A DNA stretch of 64,000 nt from Candidatus Latescibacterota bacterium. GTDB taxonomy: Bacteria > Latescibacterota > UBA2968 > UBA8231. The translations under genes and the position numbers were made by a program. The stretch is taken from the NCBI GenBank assembly GCA_965203175.1, contig OZ241867.1, forward strand, positions 800,001 through 864,000, in the 5' to 3' direction. Positions 8,585 through 18,721 of this stretch are shown here, in pieces (the stretch's first letter is position 1; every line of letters begins with the position of its first letter). The notes beneath the pieces are model-generated. The model was not told the DNA's origin. It made no database searches and was given only the letters and a program-made list of their open reading frames with translations.

Positions 8585-9877
8585 CTATTTCCTGCGTCCC
8601 CCATTAAAAGCATCTGGCTTCTCGGTACCCGAAGGCCAGTACCCACTCGGATCCTCGCCCCACGGCGTCCCACAAACTTCCGTCAAAACCCGCCACTCAG
8701 ACGCGCCCATAACCTCTGGATGAAAGACAAAGCGCTTGAGTCCAGCCGCCTCAGACGCCCGCAAGATGCCGAGCAAATCGCGCGCGGGCATGGGATCACC
8801 CGCGTGCGGCGTGCGACCAGTCGAGACCCAGCAAATCACCTTATCGACACCAGCCGCCTCTATGGCCCTGCGCGTTTCCCCGTACACGACCTCGCTGAAA
8901 AACTCGTCGGGAAAGCCCGCCTCCAAGTCAAAAAGTGTCCGCACCTGCGGTAGCTTGATGCCAAAAAGCGCCTGCACCACGGCAAAAGCGTCTTCTTCCG
9001 TTAGCCCCGGATTCCACTCCCCAATTGTCTCCACCCAGCGCGCCACTGTGCCATAAAGTCCGTCGAACCCGCGATGCCAGTAGTAGTGCTTGGGCAGTAT
9101 ATAATCAAAGTATCCGGCCATCCGCTCATAGTCCTGCCCGGTCAACCCAGAAAAGACAGCCGTGCGCGGAATCCCACCCAACTCGATCTTGCGCGAGGCC
9201 TGATCGACTATTGCGCGAGCGTCTTCCCAAGAGCGGCGCGACTTCTCCTGCCGCATCCGCAACCAATACAACCCATCCTCGTCGAGGTCGATCAAATTCA
9301 ACACCGAAAACAGGCCACCTTGGGCGAGGTAGCGCACCCGCTGGGGCGTCAGCCGACACAGGGCCTGCTGCAGATGGTCAATACCCCGCTGCATCCGCCC
9401 GACATCGGCCCCCATGCCAGCAAAAAGCTGATCTTCGCCGGGCCGAAGTTCCAGCAACTCCCCGCCGTGGTGGAACGCCAGCTCGTAGTGGTTTTCGCCG
9501 GGGCCGTCGACAATGACGCCGTGGACCTGCGGATAGAACGCGATCAAATCCTCCAGCCCAACCAGCCCACCGCGCCCCATCCCAAAGGTCATAATCTGCC
9601 AGCCACGCGCCGCTGCATCGTCCATCATGCCTTGGAGCTTTTTCTCTTTTTCTAGATCGCGGGGCGTATCCTCCGGCGGCTCGACGCCGTGCTCGGCGTA
9701 GAGCTTGGTATTGACCGGATAGCTGGAGATCAACGAACCATCGTCCTGCTTAAACTGCATGCGGCCGACGATAATGCCCTCGACGCCGCCTTCTTCCCAA
9801 GCGTCGAAGCGCTGTTGGTAGCCTTCGAGCCAGTGTTCGAGCGGCTGGTCGCTGTGGGTGAAAACCCAAAATTTCAT
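8585..9877 (-). CDS. Hypothetical protein (430 aa), possibly TIM-barrel
   Basis: Long ORF with GGAGG RBS and genome-typical codon use; no family recognised. Confidence 0.7.
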   Translation of the reverse strand: MKFWVFTHSDQPLEHWLEGYQQRFDAWEEGGVEGIIVGRMQFKQDDGSLISSYPVNTKLYAEHGVEPPEDTPRDLEKEKKLQGMMDDAAARGWQIMTFGMGRGGLVGLEDLIAFYPQVHGVIVDGPGENHYELAFHHGGELLELRPGEDQLFAGMGADVGRMQRGIDHLQQALCRLTPQRVRYLAQGGLFSVLNLIDLDEDGLYWLRMRQEKSRRSWEDARAIVDQASRKIELGGIPRTAVFSGLTGQDYERMAGYFDYILPKHYYWHRGFDGLYGTVARWVETIGEWNPGLTEEDAFAVVQALFGIKLPQVRTLFDLEAGFPDEFFSEVVYGETRRAIEAAGVDKVICWVSTGRTPHAGDPMPARDLLGILRASEAAGLKRFVFHPEVMGASEWRVLTEVCGTPWGEDPSGYWPSGTEKPDAFNGGRRK

Positions 9878-9887
9878 AATGGCCTCC

Positions 9888-10721
9888 TTAGCGGTCTGGC
9901 CACTTGTAGGCGGTCTTGCTGTTTTGCCAGAAGTACTTCTCGGTCACGCCCTTTTCGCCAAAGTACGCTTTGACAATGGAGATGGCGGCCTTGAAACTCC
10001 CCGCTCGGTCGCTAACGGGCCAATTGCTGCCATAGATCACGCGGTCTGAGCCAAAGGCGTCCCACATGGCGTCGAGGATCGGGCGATAAAAGTCCAGCTC
10101 TTCCGGCACCGGCTCCACCCTGCTTTGCTCCATGATCGCCGAGACCTTCATAAAGACCTGCGGCTGCTCGGCCGCTTGAGCTATGGCGTCCAACCACATC
10201 GGATCGGGATCGCCGCCATCGGCTCCGACCCCGCCGCAGTGATTGATGACAATGCGCAATTCGGGCAGCCGCCGGGCCAGTTCGACCACTTGAGCCAAGT
10301 CCGCCGGCCCCACCAGCGCGTCGAGCTCCAAGTCCCTTGCGACGAGGTGCTCCATGTCGGCGAGAAAAGACCCAGCCTCTAAGTCGGCAAAATACCCACC
10401 GCCGCAGCGAATGCCGCGAAAGAGTGCGTTTCCCGCTAGGCGGTCGATGTCGCTTTTGAAGTCCTCCCGATTGGGATCGACGTGGCCCACCAGCCCGACG
10501 ATCCAAGGGTCATCAGCGGCCAAATCCAGAATCCACTGATTGTCCGCCAACCACGCGCTGGCCTCCACCACCACCGTCCCGGTCACCCCTTCGGGCGCGG
10601 CGAGAGCGCGGTGGTGCTCGGGCAATACCGTGCGATAGAGCAACTCGTTGTCAGCCGGCGGCCAAGGCACGCCTTCCGGTCGCGTGGGATCGTAGAAGTG
10701 GGTATGAGTATCGATAATCAC
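9888..10721 (-). CDS. Amidohydrolase_2 family protein (sugar lactonase, L-fuconolactonase-like)
   Basis: IIDTHTH metal motif, VINHCG, YGSNWPV. Confidence 0.85.
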   Translation of the reverse strand: MIIDTHTHFYDPTRPEGVPWPPADNELLYRTVLPEHHRALAAPEGVTGTVVVEASAWLADNQWILDLAADDPWIVGLVGHVDPNREDFKSDIDRLAGNALFRGIRCGGGYFADLEAGSFLADMEHLVARDLELDALVGPADLAQVVELARRLPELRIVINHCGGVGADGGDPDPMWLDAIAQAAEQPQVFMKVSAIMEQSRVEPVPEELDFYRPILDAMWDAFGSDRVIYGSNWPVSDRAGSFKAAISIVKAYFGEKGVTEKYFWQNSKTAYKWPDR

Positions 10722-11767
10722 GATGCATTCCTTTCTGTCATGGTTTCTTCAATCAACGTCGCAAACGCCTCTATGTCCTCTGCCTCAGTGTCGAACGAGG
10801 TCATCCAGCGCACCTCGCCCCGTGTGGCATTCCAGGGATAAAAGAAAAACTCCTGCTGCAAAATGGGAATCACTTCCACCGGCAACCGCGCGAAGACAGC
10901 GTTGGCCTGCACTGGGTAGATCACCTCCACCCCGCGAATGGGCCGCACTCGCTCGGCCAGCACCTGCGCCATAGCGTTGGCGTGTTCGGCGCTCCTGCGC
11001 CAAAGGTCGTCGGTCAGCAGGGCCGTAAACTGCGCGGCGACAAAGCGCATCTTAGAGGCCAGTTGCATCCCCTGCTTGCGTGCACGGCGATAGTCCTCGG
11101 CTAGCTCGGGCTGAAAAAAGACCACAGCTTCCCCCAACATCAGGCCGTTCTTGGTGCCGCCAAACGACAGCACATCGACCCCACAATCCCCAGTAACCTC
11201 CCGCAGTTCCAAGCCCAAGCCCACGGCTGCATTGGCAATCCGCGCTCCATCGACGTGCAAATACAACCCGTGATCGTGGGCGCAGTCGGCGATGGCGCGA
11301 ATCTCACTCGGCGCATAAACAGTACCCAGTTCCGTAGCCTGAGTAATCGACACCACGCGGGGGCGCACTTGGTGCTCGTCACCGCGACCCGCAATGTGGG
11401 CAACGACTCCCTCGGGAGTGATTTTGCCGTCGGGTGCTGGCGCGGTCAGGAGCTTGACGCCGGCCACCTGTTCGGGAGCACCGCATTCGTCGATGTGGAG
11501 ATGAGCGGTGTCCGAGCAGATCACCGCGTCGCAAAAGCGCGTGAGCGCGGTGAGGGCCGTAACATTGGCTCCGGTGCCGTTGAAGGCCAAGAAAACCTCA
11601 ACCTCCGACCCCAACACCTCGCGAAAAAGCGCGACGGCTTCATCCGTGTGGGGATCGTCCCCATAGGAATGCACGTGCCCCACGTTGACTCGCTGTAAGG
11701 CCGCCATGACCTCGGGGTGGACTCCGGCGTGATTGTCGCTGCCAAAGCCGCGAATGCGCTCGCCCAT
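10718..11767 (-). CDS. ltaE: Low-specificity L-threonine aldolase
   Basis: FGSDNHAG, NGTGAN, LHVDGARIANA, SFGGTKNG (PLP lysine), GMQLASKMRF. Confidence 0.9.
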   Translation of the reverse strand: MGERIRGFGSDNHAGVHPEVMAALQRVNVGHVHSYGDDPHTDEAVALFREVLGSEVEVFLAFNGTGANVTALTALTRFCDAVICSDTAHLHIDECGAPEQVAGVKLLTAPAPDGKITPEGVVAHIAGRGDEHQVRPRVVSITQATELGTVYAPSEIRAIADCAHDHGLYLHVDGARIANAAVGLGLELREVTGDCGVDVLSFGGTKNGLMLGEAVVFFQPELAEDYRRARKQGMQLASKMRFVAAQFTALLTDDLWRRSAEHANAMAQVLAERVRPIRGVEVIYPVQANAVFARLPVEVIPILQQEFFFYPWNATRGEVRWMTSFDTEAEDIEAFATLIEETMTERNAS

Positions 11768-11852
11768 TATTCTAGTGCCTTTCTCTGTTGTACTCCTCCG
11801 TCCCTCACTCTTCCATCCAACTCAAGTTTCTCCCAATTAAGACGATTTCTAA

Positions 11853-14024
11853 TCACGTCACGCATAGCCTGAGCCGCAGCTTTTCGTTCAACTTTTCCAC
11901 GAACACATCTTTGTTCGGCACAGAGGGATTGTTCCGCATGATGAGATTTTTCCAAGCGGCGCGAATTTCGGTTGGCGAGAATGTACTTTCCAACAACCAG
12001 CCCAATGTTTCGTTGCATTGCCGGCAAAACGTTTCGCTGTCGTTTGTGTCAATAGTGTCTAAAGGCGTCCACGGAGCGGACGGTTTGTTGCCTTCGAGAG
12101 CGAAAACCAAAACGCTGTCGTGCCGGATTGAGTTCAAGTTGCGAATATGTACTGAGATGGGATGTTCGGAGTACACTACGTAAGCATTCATCAGCCTAAA
12201 TCCGGCACTTTTGAGCGCCAAAGTGAGTTCAGCCCACGCGCTGGGATCCCAGTGGTGAAAAGTAAATACCATCCGCCCGGTCTGTTTCTTTAAGACGCGC
12301 CCGCACTCTGCGAAAATTCCCGCGAGTACCCTCATAAAATTGCTAACACCAGCGGTCGCTTTTGTCGCAACAGCACTGTCGGATTCGTCGTAACTCCACT
12401 CGGCCTCGTCGGGAAGCAGGCGCGTCAGCCACACCCGAAAAAAAGCCGCCAGATTGCTGTATTGCACACTGTCGTAATAGGGAGGATCGGTCACTATCAT
12501 ATCTACAGAATGGTCGTCGAGAGGCAAACTCTGCGAATCGCCCTGAATGAGCCAAAACCGGCTCCGATCACGCACGAGATCGGCCTGATTGAAAACTTCA
12601 ACGCCATCATCCGCTTCTCCCGGTATCTTGACTAACTCCCTTTTGCCGTCTTCCCCAATCTTCCGTTCAACAGGCAATACCGACCACTTGCGTCCCCGCT
12701 CAATCCGATCGCGAAAGAGCAATTGTAGGTTGCCGGACGACTTGCGAGGATTGACTGGGTTGTTTTCCAGCACCGTGTATTGAAACGAATAGGCGTGCAA
12801 AGCGAAAACGTGCCGAATCGCACCTGGACGGCGTTTGTTCCAACCCTTGTATCCGCAGAGCATTGCATTGAACTCTAAAGACGTGGACACAAGCATCCCA
12901 AGGGTGAGTCTATCTATACCCGCGTAGTCGCGAAGTTGCCGAATCGCTTGGTGCAAGTACAGTAGCTGACGAGATGAAAAAACGTCGAGATATGAACGGA
13001 CATTGTGCCTTAGCAGATCACCGGATTTAGGGCCGTCATGTACCCTAAAATCCTCCAACGGCCCGAAGTCCAGTTCGCTACGCCGCTCGTCGGCCCGCTT
13101 GATTCGCGCCAAATCTTCTTCACTAGGCGAGCGAAAAAAGTTACCGTGCTCGGGGCAGGTCGCAACAATCGCAATCGGCGTATAGCGCGCATAAAATGGC
13201 AAGTCGAGCAGTTCCTCGTACTTCTGACCGCAGCTAGGACACTCTTTTTCAGCTTTGGTAATCAGATCTGTAGTTGCACCGACCATTCTGGTCAGCGGAG
13301 ACAACTTTTCGACGGCGGTCTTCTGTCCATTTTGATTGCGAAAAATCTCCCCGCTCTCAGGGCAAATGCTGATTGTTGCGTCGTCCTCATGTCGCAAATC
13401 GTACTGATCAATCTGCACGACATTCCGACAAGCGCATTTTTTACGCAGCCCGTGTAGCAAATATTGGATATCCACAGTCTGCTCACAGGTTGGACATTCG
13501 GTCTGGAAATAAGGCCCCAAGCTATCGTGCAAATCGGCGAAGAACCGATCAAAAACTACTCGCAAACCCGCCAACTCGACCTGAGTGAGTGACGCTCGGG
13601 CCTGCACAATCGGGATGGGGTCTATATCCGCACCGATGACGTTCGCGCCGAGGCGAATCGCTTCGTGCAGGGTTGTGCCACCTCCCATCATCGGGTCAAG
13701 CACGGTCATGCCTTCTAGCCCGCCAGGTGCGTAGTAATCGCGACACTCATGGTCAGCCGCAAATTGCTTGAGTATGGTGCGAAATGTGGACCCGCATCGT
13801 CGCGCCCACCACTTATGCAGATACGTGTTTGGACGAAAGAGGTGTTTGTTGAACACCTCCTGACGGGAAAGGTCGTTGACAAATTCCTCGGGAAAGGCTC
13901 GATCTATACTGAGACTGTGTTCCGTTTGCCTCGGACGAATTAGTTCGTCCAGTGTCAACTGGCGTACGTCGCTCACAACATCGGACGATGGCTTGATCTT
14001 TTTAGACGATGAGTATTCGGTCAT
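11853..14024 (-). CDS. Solitary DNA amino-methyltransferase (DUF1156-like N-terminus, Zn ribbons)
   Basis: HKWWARR, motif I VLDPMMGGGTT, motif IV VTDPPYY, CxxC pairs (CPTC, CPSC, CPEH); start taken at MTEYSS, ORF extends to 14054. Confidence 0.85.
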   Translation of the reverse strand: MTEYSSSKKIKPSSDVVSDVRQLTLDELIRPRQTEHSLSIDRAFPEEFVNDLSRQEVFNKHLFRPNTYLHKWWARRCGSTFRTILKQFAADHECRDYYAPGGLEGMTVLDPMMGGGTTLHEAIRLGANVIGADIDPIPIVQARASLTQVELAGLRVVFDRFFADLHDSLGPYFQTECPTCEQTVDIQYLLHGLRKKCACRNVVQIDQYDLRHEDDATISICPESGEIFRNQNGQKTAVEKLSPLTRMVGATTDLITKAEKECPSCGQKYEELLDLPFYARYTPIAIVATCPEHGNFFRSPSEEDLARIKRADERRSELDFGPLEDFRVHDGPKSGDLLRHNVRSYLDVFSSRQLLYLHQAIRQLRDYAGIDRLTLGMLVSTSLEFNAMLCGYKGWNKRRPGAIRHVFALHAYSFQYTVLENNPVNPRKSSGNLQLLFRDRIERGRKWSVLPVERKIGEDGKRELVKIPGEADDGVEVFNQADLVRDRSRFWLIQGDSQSLPLDDHSVDMIVTDPPYYDSVQYSNLAAFFRVWLTRLLPDEAEWSYDESDSAVATKATAGVSNFMRVLAGIFAECGRVLKKQTGRMVFTFHHWDPSAWAELTLALKSAGFRLMNAYVVYSEHPISVHIRNLNSIRHDSVLVFALEGNKPSAPWTPLDTIDTNDSETFCRQCNETLGWLLESTFSPTEIRAAWKNLIMRNNPSVPNKDVFVEKLNEKLRLRLCVT

Positions 14025-14099
14025 TTTGCGTCCCTTCGCGGACACACGTACCATATTTTGCTGCGTGCAATCATAGCTTCCCGGTATCCGCTCGGCCCC

Positions 14100-16823
14100 T
14101 CAGTGCGCCTCCAGCCAATTCTCGCCGGTACCCATCTCGATTTCTATCGGCACCTCCATCGGCAAAGCCTCGCGCATCTCGCGCGCGACTAGCGGCGGTA
14201 GGGTCTCTACCTCGTCCCGGTGCAGGTCAAAGACCAGTTCGTCGTGGACCTGCAACAGCATCGCCGAGCGAAACCCTTCCTCGCGCAGCAGCCGGTGGAT
14301 GCGGCTCATCGCCAGCTTGATCATATCCGCGGCCGTGCCCTGAATGCGAGTATTGATCGCGTTGCGCTCGGCTCCCTTGCGGGTGGTGGCATTGCGCGAG
14401 TTGATGTCGCGCAAATAGCGCCGCCGCCCGGTCACCGTCTCGACGTAGCCCTTGTCGCGGGCGAACTCCACAGTCTCGTCGAGATAGCACCGCACCCCTG
14501 GATACTGGGCAAAGTACTGCTCGATTAGCTCGGAGGCCTGCCAGCGCGGAATGTCGAGCCGCTCGGCCAAGCCAAAGGGCGAGATCCCGTAGATGATGCC
14601 GAAGTTGACCGTCTTGGCCTGGCGGCGCATCTCGGGAGTCGCTTGGTCTTCTGCGACTTGGTAGATCTTTGCGGCCGTGGCGAAGTGGATGTCGCCGCCG
14701 CTGTTGAAGGTGTCCAGCATCCCCTCGTCGCGGCTGAGCGCCGCGGCGATCCGCAACTCGATCTGCGAATAATCGGCCGAGAACAGCAGGTACTCGCTGC
14801 TGCGCGGCACAAAGGCGCGGCGGATTTCCCGCCCCTGCTCGCTGCGGATGGGAATGTTCTGGAGGTTCGGGCGGTCGGACTTCATGCGCCCGGTGGCGGT
14901 CATGAGCTGCTCGTAGTTGGTGTGGACGCGCCCGGTAGCTTTAAAGACCGCGCTGGGGAGCTGATCGACATAAGTTGACTTGAGCTTGGTGTGCAATCGG
15001 TATTCAAGCACCTGCCGCGCGATCTCGTGGCGATTGGCCAGCCGGCGCAAGATCTGTTCGCTGGTTTGGTACTGGCCGGTCTTCTGCGTCCGCCGCGCAT
15101 TGGGGTCCAGCTCCATCTTATCAAACAGCACGGTCCCTAGCTGGTTGCCCGAATTGAGGTTGAAGCGCTCCCCGGCCAGCTCAAAGACGCGCTCGGCAGC
15201 CTGCTCGATGGCCTCCTCAAACTGCCGCGAGAGCGCAGCCAAGGCAGAGCTTTCCATGCGGATGCCCTCGTATTCCATATCCACCAGCACCGGCAGGAGC
15301 GGAACTTCGATCTCGTAAAAAACGCGCTGCTGATCCATGTCTTCGATCTTCGGCCGCAGCGCCGCAGCGAGTTGGAAGGTAATGTCCGCGTCCTCGCAGG
15401 CGTACTCGGCCACTTGCTCTACCGGCACTTGCAGGAGCGTTAGCTGCTCACCGCCGCGCTCGCCGATCAACTCAGATATGGGCTTAGGCGAGTAGGAAAG
15501 CAGGCTCTTGGCCAGCTCGTCCATGCTGCGTCTCAACTCTGGCTCGGCCAAGGTCGCCGCTAGCATCGTGTCGAAGAACGGTCCCTCCACTCGCATACCG
15601 TGCCAGCGGAGGACGCTGAGATCGTACTTGAGGTTGTGGCCGATTTTTTCGCTCGTTCCTTCAAACACCGGGCGGAATTCCTCCAAAACGGCCAGCACCT
15701 CGGCCCGCTCCCTAGGCAGCGGCACGTAGTGGCCCGTACCCAGTGCCCACGAAAAGGCCAAGCCAATCAAGTCGCATTGCCGGACGTCGAGTCCGTTGGT
15801 CTCAACGTCAAAGCAAAACGCGGGCTGCTCCAACAGCTCCTCAATCAACGCCTGTCGCTTGTCGGGCGTATCGGCGAGTTGATAGTCGTGCTCTACATCC
15901 GCCACCCCTTTGAGCGGGCCGTGGGCCGATTCCTTTTCAACGCTAAACTCGTCACCGAGTAGCCGCCGACCCAGCGTATTGAATTCGAGCTCGGTGAAGA
16001 GGGCCTCTAACTTCTCGCGGTCCCAGTCGGCCTTAACCAAATCCGCCAGTCCCACGTCCAACGGCACGTCGCACTCAATGGTAACTAGCTCCTTGGAAAG
16101 CAGAGCCTGTTCCCGGTGTTCCTCTACGTTCTGTTTCTGCTTGCCCTTGAGCTGGTCGGTATGCGCCAGCAACTCTTCGACGCTGCCGTACTCAGCGATG
16201 AGCTTTTGCGCCGTCTTGGGGCCGATCCCAGGAACGCCGGGCACATTGTCCGAGGAGTCGCCCATCAGCCCCAGCACGTCGATCACTTGGTCGATCCGCT
16301 CGACCTGCCATTGGGCGAGAATCTCCGGCACGCCCAACACCTCGGCCTCGTCGCCGCCGCGCCCCGGCTTGTACATAAAACTCCGCTCGGAAACGAGCTG
16401 GCCGTAGTCCTTGTCGGGCGTGACCATGTACGTCGCAAATCCCTCGACCTCGGCCTTTTTAGCCAACGTACCGATCACATCGTCGGCCTCCCACCCCGGC
16501 TCGCGCAAAACCGGGATATTAAACGCCTCGCAGAGCCGGAACACATACGGCAGTGCTTGGCTCAAATCCTCGGGCATCGCCTCGCGCTGGGCTTTGTACT
16601 CTTCGTACTTGTGGTGCCGATGCGTCGGCTCAGGCGTGTCGAAAACAACGGCGATATGCGTCGGCTCACCCTTTTCGATGATGGAAAGCAAGGTATTGGC
16701 AAAGGCAAAAACGGCCGACGTGTTCATGCCCTTTGAGGTCAGGCGCGGATTGCGGATCATCGCGAAGTGGCCCCGATAGACGAGGGCCATACCATCTAGC
16801 AGGAAGAGGACTTTTTCGCTCAT
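14100..16823 (-). CDS. polA: DNA polymerase I
   Basis: 5'-3' exonuclease LLDG...EADD...GDSSDNVPGVPGIGPKTA; polymerase motifs DYSQIELR, AKTVNFGIIYG, LQVHDELVF. Confidence 0.98.
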   Translation of the reverse strand: MSEKVLFLLDGMALVYRGHFAMIRNPRLTSKGMNTSAVFAFANTLLSIIEKGEPTHIAVVFDTPEPTHRHHKYEEYKAQREAMPEDLSQALPYVFRLCEAFNIPVLREPGWEADDVIGTLAKKAEVEGFATYMVTPDKDYGQLVSERSFMYKPGRGGDEAEVLGVPEILAQWQVERIDQVIDVLGLMGDSSDNVPGVPGIGPKTAQKLIAEYGSVEELLAHTDQLKGKQKQNVEEHREQALLSKELVTIECDVPLDVGLADLVKADWDREKLEALFTELEFNTLGRRLLGDEFSVEKESAHGPLKGVADVEHDYQLADTPDKRQALIEELLEQPAFCFDVETNGLDVRQCDLIGLAFSWALGTGHYVPLPRERAEVLAVLEEFRPVFEGTSEKIGHNLKYDLSVLRWHGMRVEGPFFDTMLAATLAEPELRRSMDELAKSLLSYSPKPISELIGERGGEQLTLLQVPVEQVAEYACEDADITFQLAAALRPKIEDMDQQRVFYEIEVPLLPVLVDMEYEGIRMESSALAALSRQFEEAIEQAAERVFELAGERFNLNSGNQLGTVLFDKMELDPNARRTQKTGQYQTSEQILRRLANRHEIARQVLEYRLHTKLKSTYVDQLPSAVFKATGRVHTNYEQLMTATGRMKSDRPNLQNIPIRSEQGREIRRAFVPRSSEYLLFSADYSQIELRIAAALSRDEGMLDTFNSGGDIHFATAAKIYQVAEDQATPEMRRQAKTVNFGIIYGISPFGLAERLDIPRWQASELIEQYFAQYPGVRCYLDETVEFARDKGYVETVTGRRRYLRDINSRNATTRKGAERNAINTRIQGTAADMIKLAMSRIHRLLREEGFRSAMLLQVHDELVFDLHRDEVETLPPLVAREMREALPMEVPIEIEMGTGENWLEAH

Positions 16824-16843
16824 GCAGAATTCTTTCGTCGCGC

Positions 16844-17683
16844 TTAAACGGCTTGGTTAGCTGCTTCGTAGTACTTGTTGATGCCGGGCACGTCGCTCAT
16901 CCCGTGCCACACGCCCCGAAAGAGCGTGCGGCGCTTCTCTGGAAACGAGGCGATCACTTCGGCGGACGGACACCCTTTGCCCCACTTGGAATTGACTGTG
17001 TCGTAACAGGTGAACAAGCTCAGCCGGTCGCGCTGCTCGTTGGTCCAGCGCGTGCCCGAATGGCACAGAGCCTCGGTGAAAATCACCGCCGAACCAGCCG
17101 AGCAGGCATAGCTCTCCCACAGCGCACTGTCGCGCGCGCTCAACTCGTCGGGCCGGGAAAAGGCGGCCTTGTGGCTGCCCGGCAGAAAAAGCGTGCCCCC
17201 GTCGCCGTCGCCGACTTCGTTGAGCTCCCACACCACCCGCGTCAGGCCGGAATGCACCTTGCCCGACTGCATCTGGTAGATGTGCGAGTTGCCGCGAAAG
17301 TTGAAGTACCCGCCGCCGCCATGCGGGCCGAAGTTGTCGTGCCCAGCCTGGCGATGGCTGGTATAGGTGTGGTCGTAGCGGAACCCATAGCAGTCTTCGC
17401 TGGCCAGCGCCTGATGCGACAGCACTTCGTTGAGCACGCCCACTACCGCAGGGTGGTCGAGCAAGATCTGCGACGGGCCGCCGTGATTGTCGCGCTCGTC
17501 CGGCGGCAGGGACTCGCGCTCGTAGAGAAATTTCATCTGGTGAGCGCGGATTGACACTAGCTCTTCTTCGCTCAACAGCGCGGGCAAAAGAATAAACCCC
17601 TTGAGGTCAAAGAGGTACTTCTGGGCCTCGGTCATCGGGATGACGTCCCGCCCGTCGGCATTGGTCGTCGGCAGCAGGTCCAT
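16844..17683 (-). CDS. Phytanoyl-CoA dioxygenase (PhyH)-family Fe/2OG enzyme with HxG instead of HxD
   Basis: KYLFDLKGF, FLPGSHK, FTEALCHSG, RDRLSL; proximal motif PHGGGG; start MDLLPT at 17683. Confidence 0.8.
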   Translation of the reverse strand: MDLLPTTNADGRDVIPMTEAQKYLFDLKGFILLPALLSEEELVSIRAHQMKFLYERESLPPDERDNHGGPSQILLDHPAVVGVLNEVLSHQALASEDCYGFRYDHTYTSHRQAGHDNFGPHGGGGYFNFRGNSHIYQMQSGKVHSGLTRVVWELNEVGDGDGGTLFLPGSHKAAFSRPDELSARDSALWESYACSAGSAVIFTEALCHSGTRWTNEQRDRLSLFTCYDTVNSKWGKGCPSAEVIASFPEKRRTLFRGVWHGMSDVPGINKYYEAANQAV

Positions 17684-17690
17684 ACGCGCT

Positions 17691-18704
17691 TCAGTCCTTC
17701 CAGTTGAATACCACGTTGAGCATGTTTTTCTCGCGGTGATACGCCATTTCATAGGCTTGCACCATGTCCGAGTAGTGCAGCCGGTGGGTGACCAAACGGC
17801 TCGGCTGGAGCTTGCCCTCCTGCATCAGCGAGAGCACGTGGACGCAGCGGCCGTCGTTGTCAAAGTGGTCTCCTTCCGGCGGCGGAAAAAGCGACCCAGC
17901 CCGGTCGTTGACGGCGACAATTGAAACGCCCTTGAAGTAAAACCAGCGCATGTCCAACGGGTTAAAATCCAACGGCTCTTCGCCCCGCCCGGGCAAGCTG
18001 ACGACGGATACCCGCCCGTTGGTCCGGACCACTTCCATCGCCGTGCGATACGCCGGCCAAGGGTTGGCCGTCAGGATCACCAAGTCGATCCCCTGCCCGT
18101 GGGTGAATTCGTCCAGCTTGTCCTCCAACTCGGGGTCGTCCGACAACAGGGCCTCGTGCGCCCCCATCTGCCGCGCCATATCCAAGCGCACCGAACTGTT
18201 GCCTAGTCCCACGACTCGCGCACCAAAAAGCGGGCCTAGCGCCACGGCCCCCAGTCCCAAGACGCCCAATCCCACCACGGCCACGGTCTCGCCGGGCGCG
18301 AAAAACGCCTTGGTGTAGCAATGCATGCTCAAGGCGTACAAATGGGCGAACACCGCGTCTTCGGCCGCCACCCCATCCGGCACGTGGACAATGCTCTCGC
18401 TGTCCCGCGCCACGTACGCCGACTGATGGGGATGCCGCGACACCACCCGATCCCCCACCGCGAACTTGGTGACCTTGCTGCCGACCCCGCGCACCACGCC
18501 TAGGTTGCTGTCGCCCACCCAACGCGGAAAATCCGGTGCTCCGGGCACCTGTTCGGCCCCTTCGTAGTTGCCGCGATCAGTGCCGATCTTAAACCCCGTA
18601 ATCTCCGTCTCCACCCAAATCTGGTCGTCCTCCAAGTTCTCCGTGTCCAGCGTCAAATCTTCAATCCGCAAATCTCGCGGACCGTGCAGCATGGCAATTT
18701 TCAT
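17691..18704 (-). CDS. MDR-superfamily (zinc-binding type) dehydrogenase
   Basis: GroES-like N-terminus, VVGLGVLG Rossmann motif, LVTHRL C-terminus. Confidence 0.85.
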   Translation of the reverse strand: MKIAMLHGPRDLRIEDLTLDTENLEDDQIWVETEITGFKIGTDRGNYEGAEQVPGAPDFPRWVGDSNLGVVRGVGSKVTKFAVGDRVVSRHPHQSAYVARDSESIVHVPDGVAAEDAVFAHLYALSMHCYTKAFFAPGETVAVVGLGVLGLGAVALGPLFGARVVGLGNSSVRLDMARQMGAHEALLSDDPELEDKLDEFTHGQGIDLVILTANPWPAYRTAMEVVRTNGRVSVVSLPGRGEEPLDFNPLDMRWFYFKGVSIVAVNDRAGSLFPPPEGDHFDNDGRCVHVLSLMQEGKLQPSRLVTHRLHYSDMVQAYEMAYHREKNMLNVVFNWKD

Positions 18705-18721
18705 GCGATTTCCTCCGGCTG

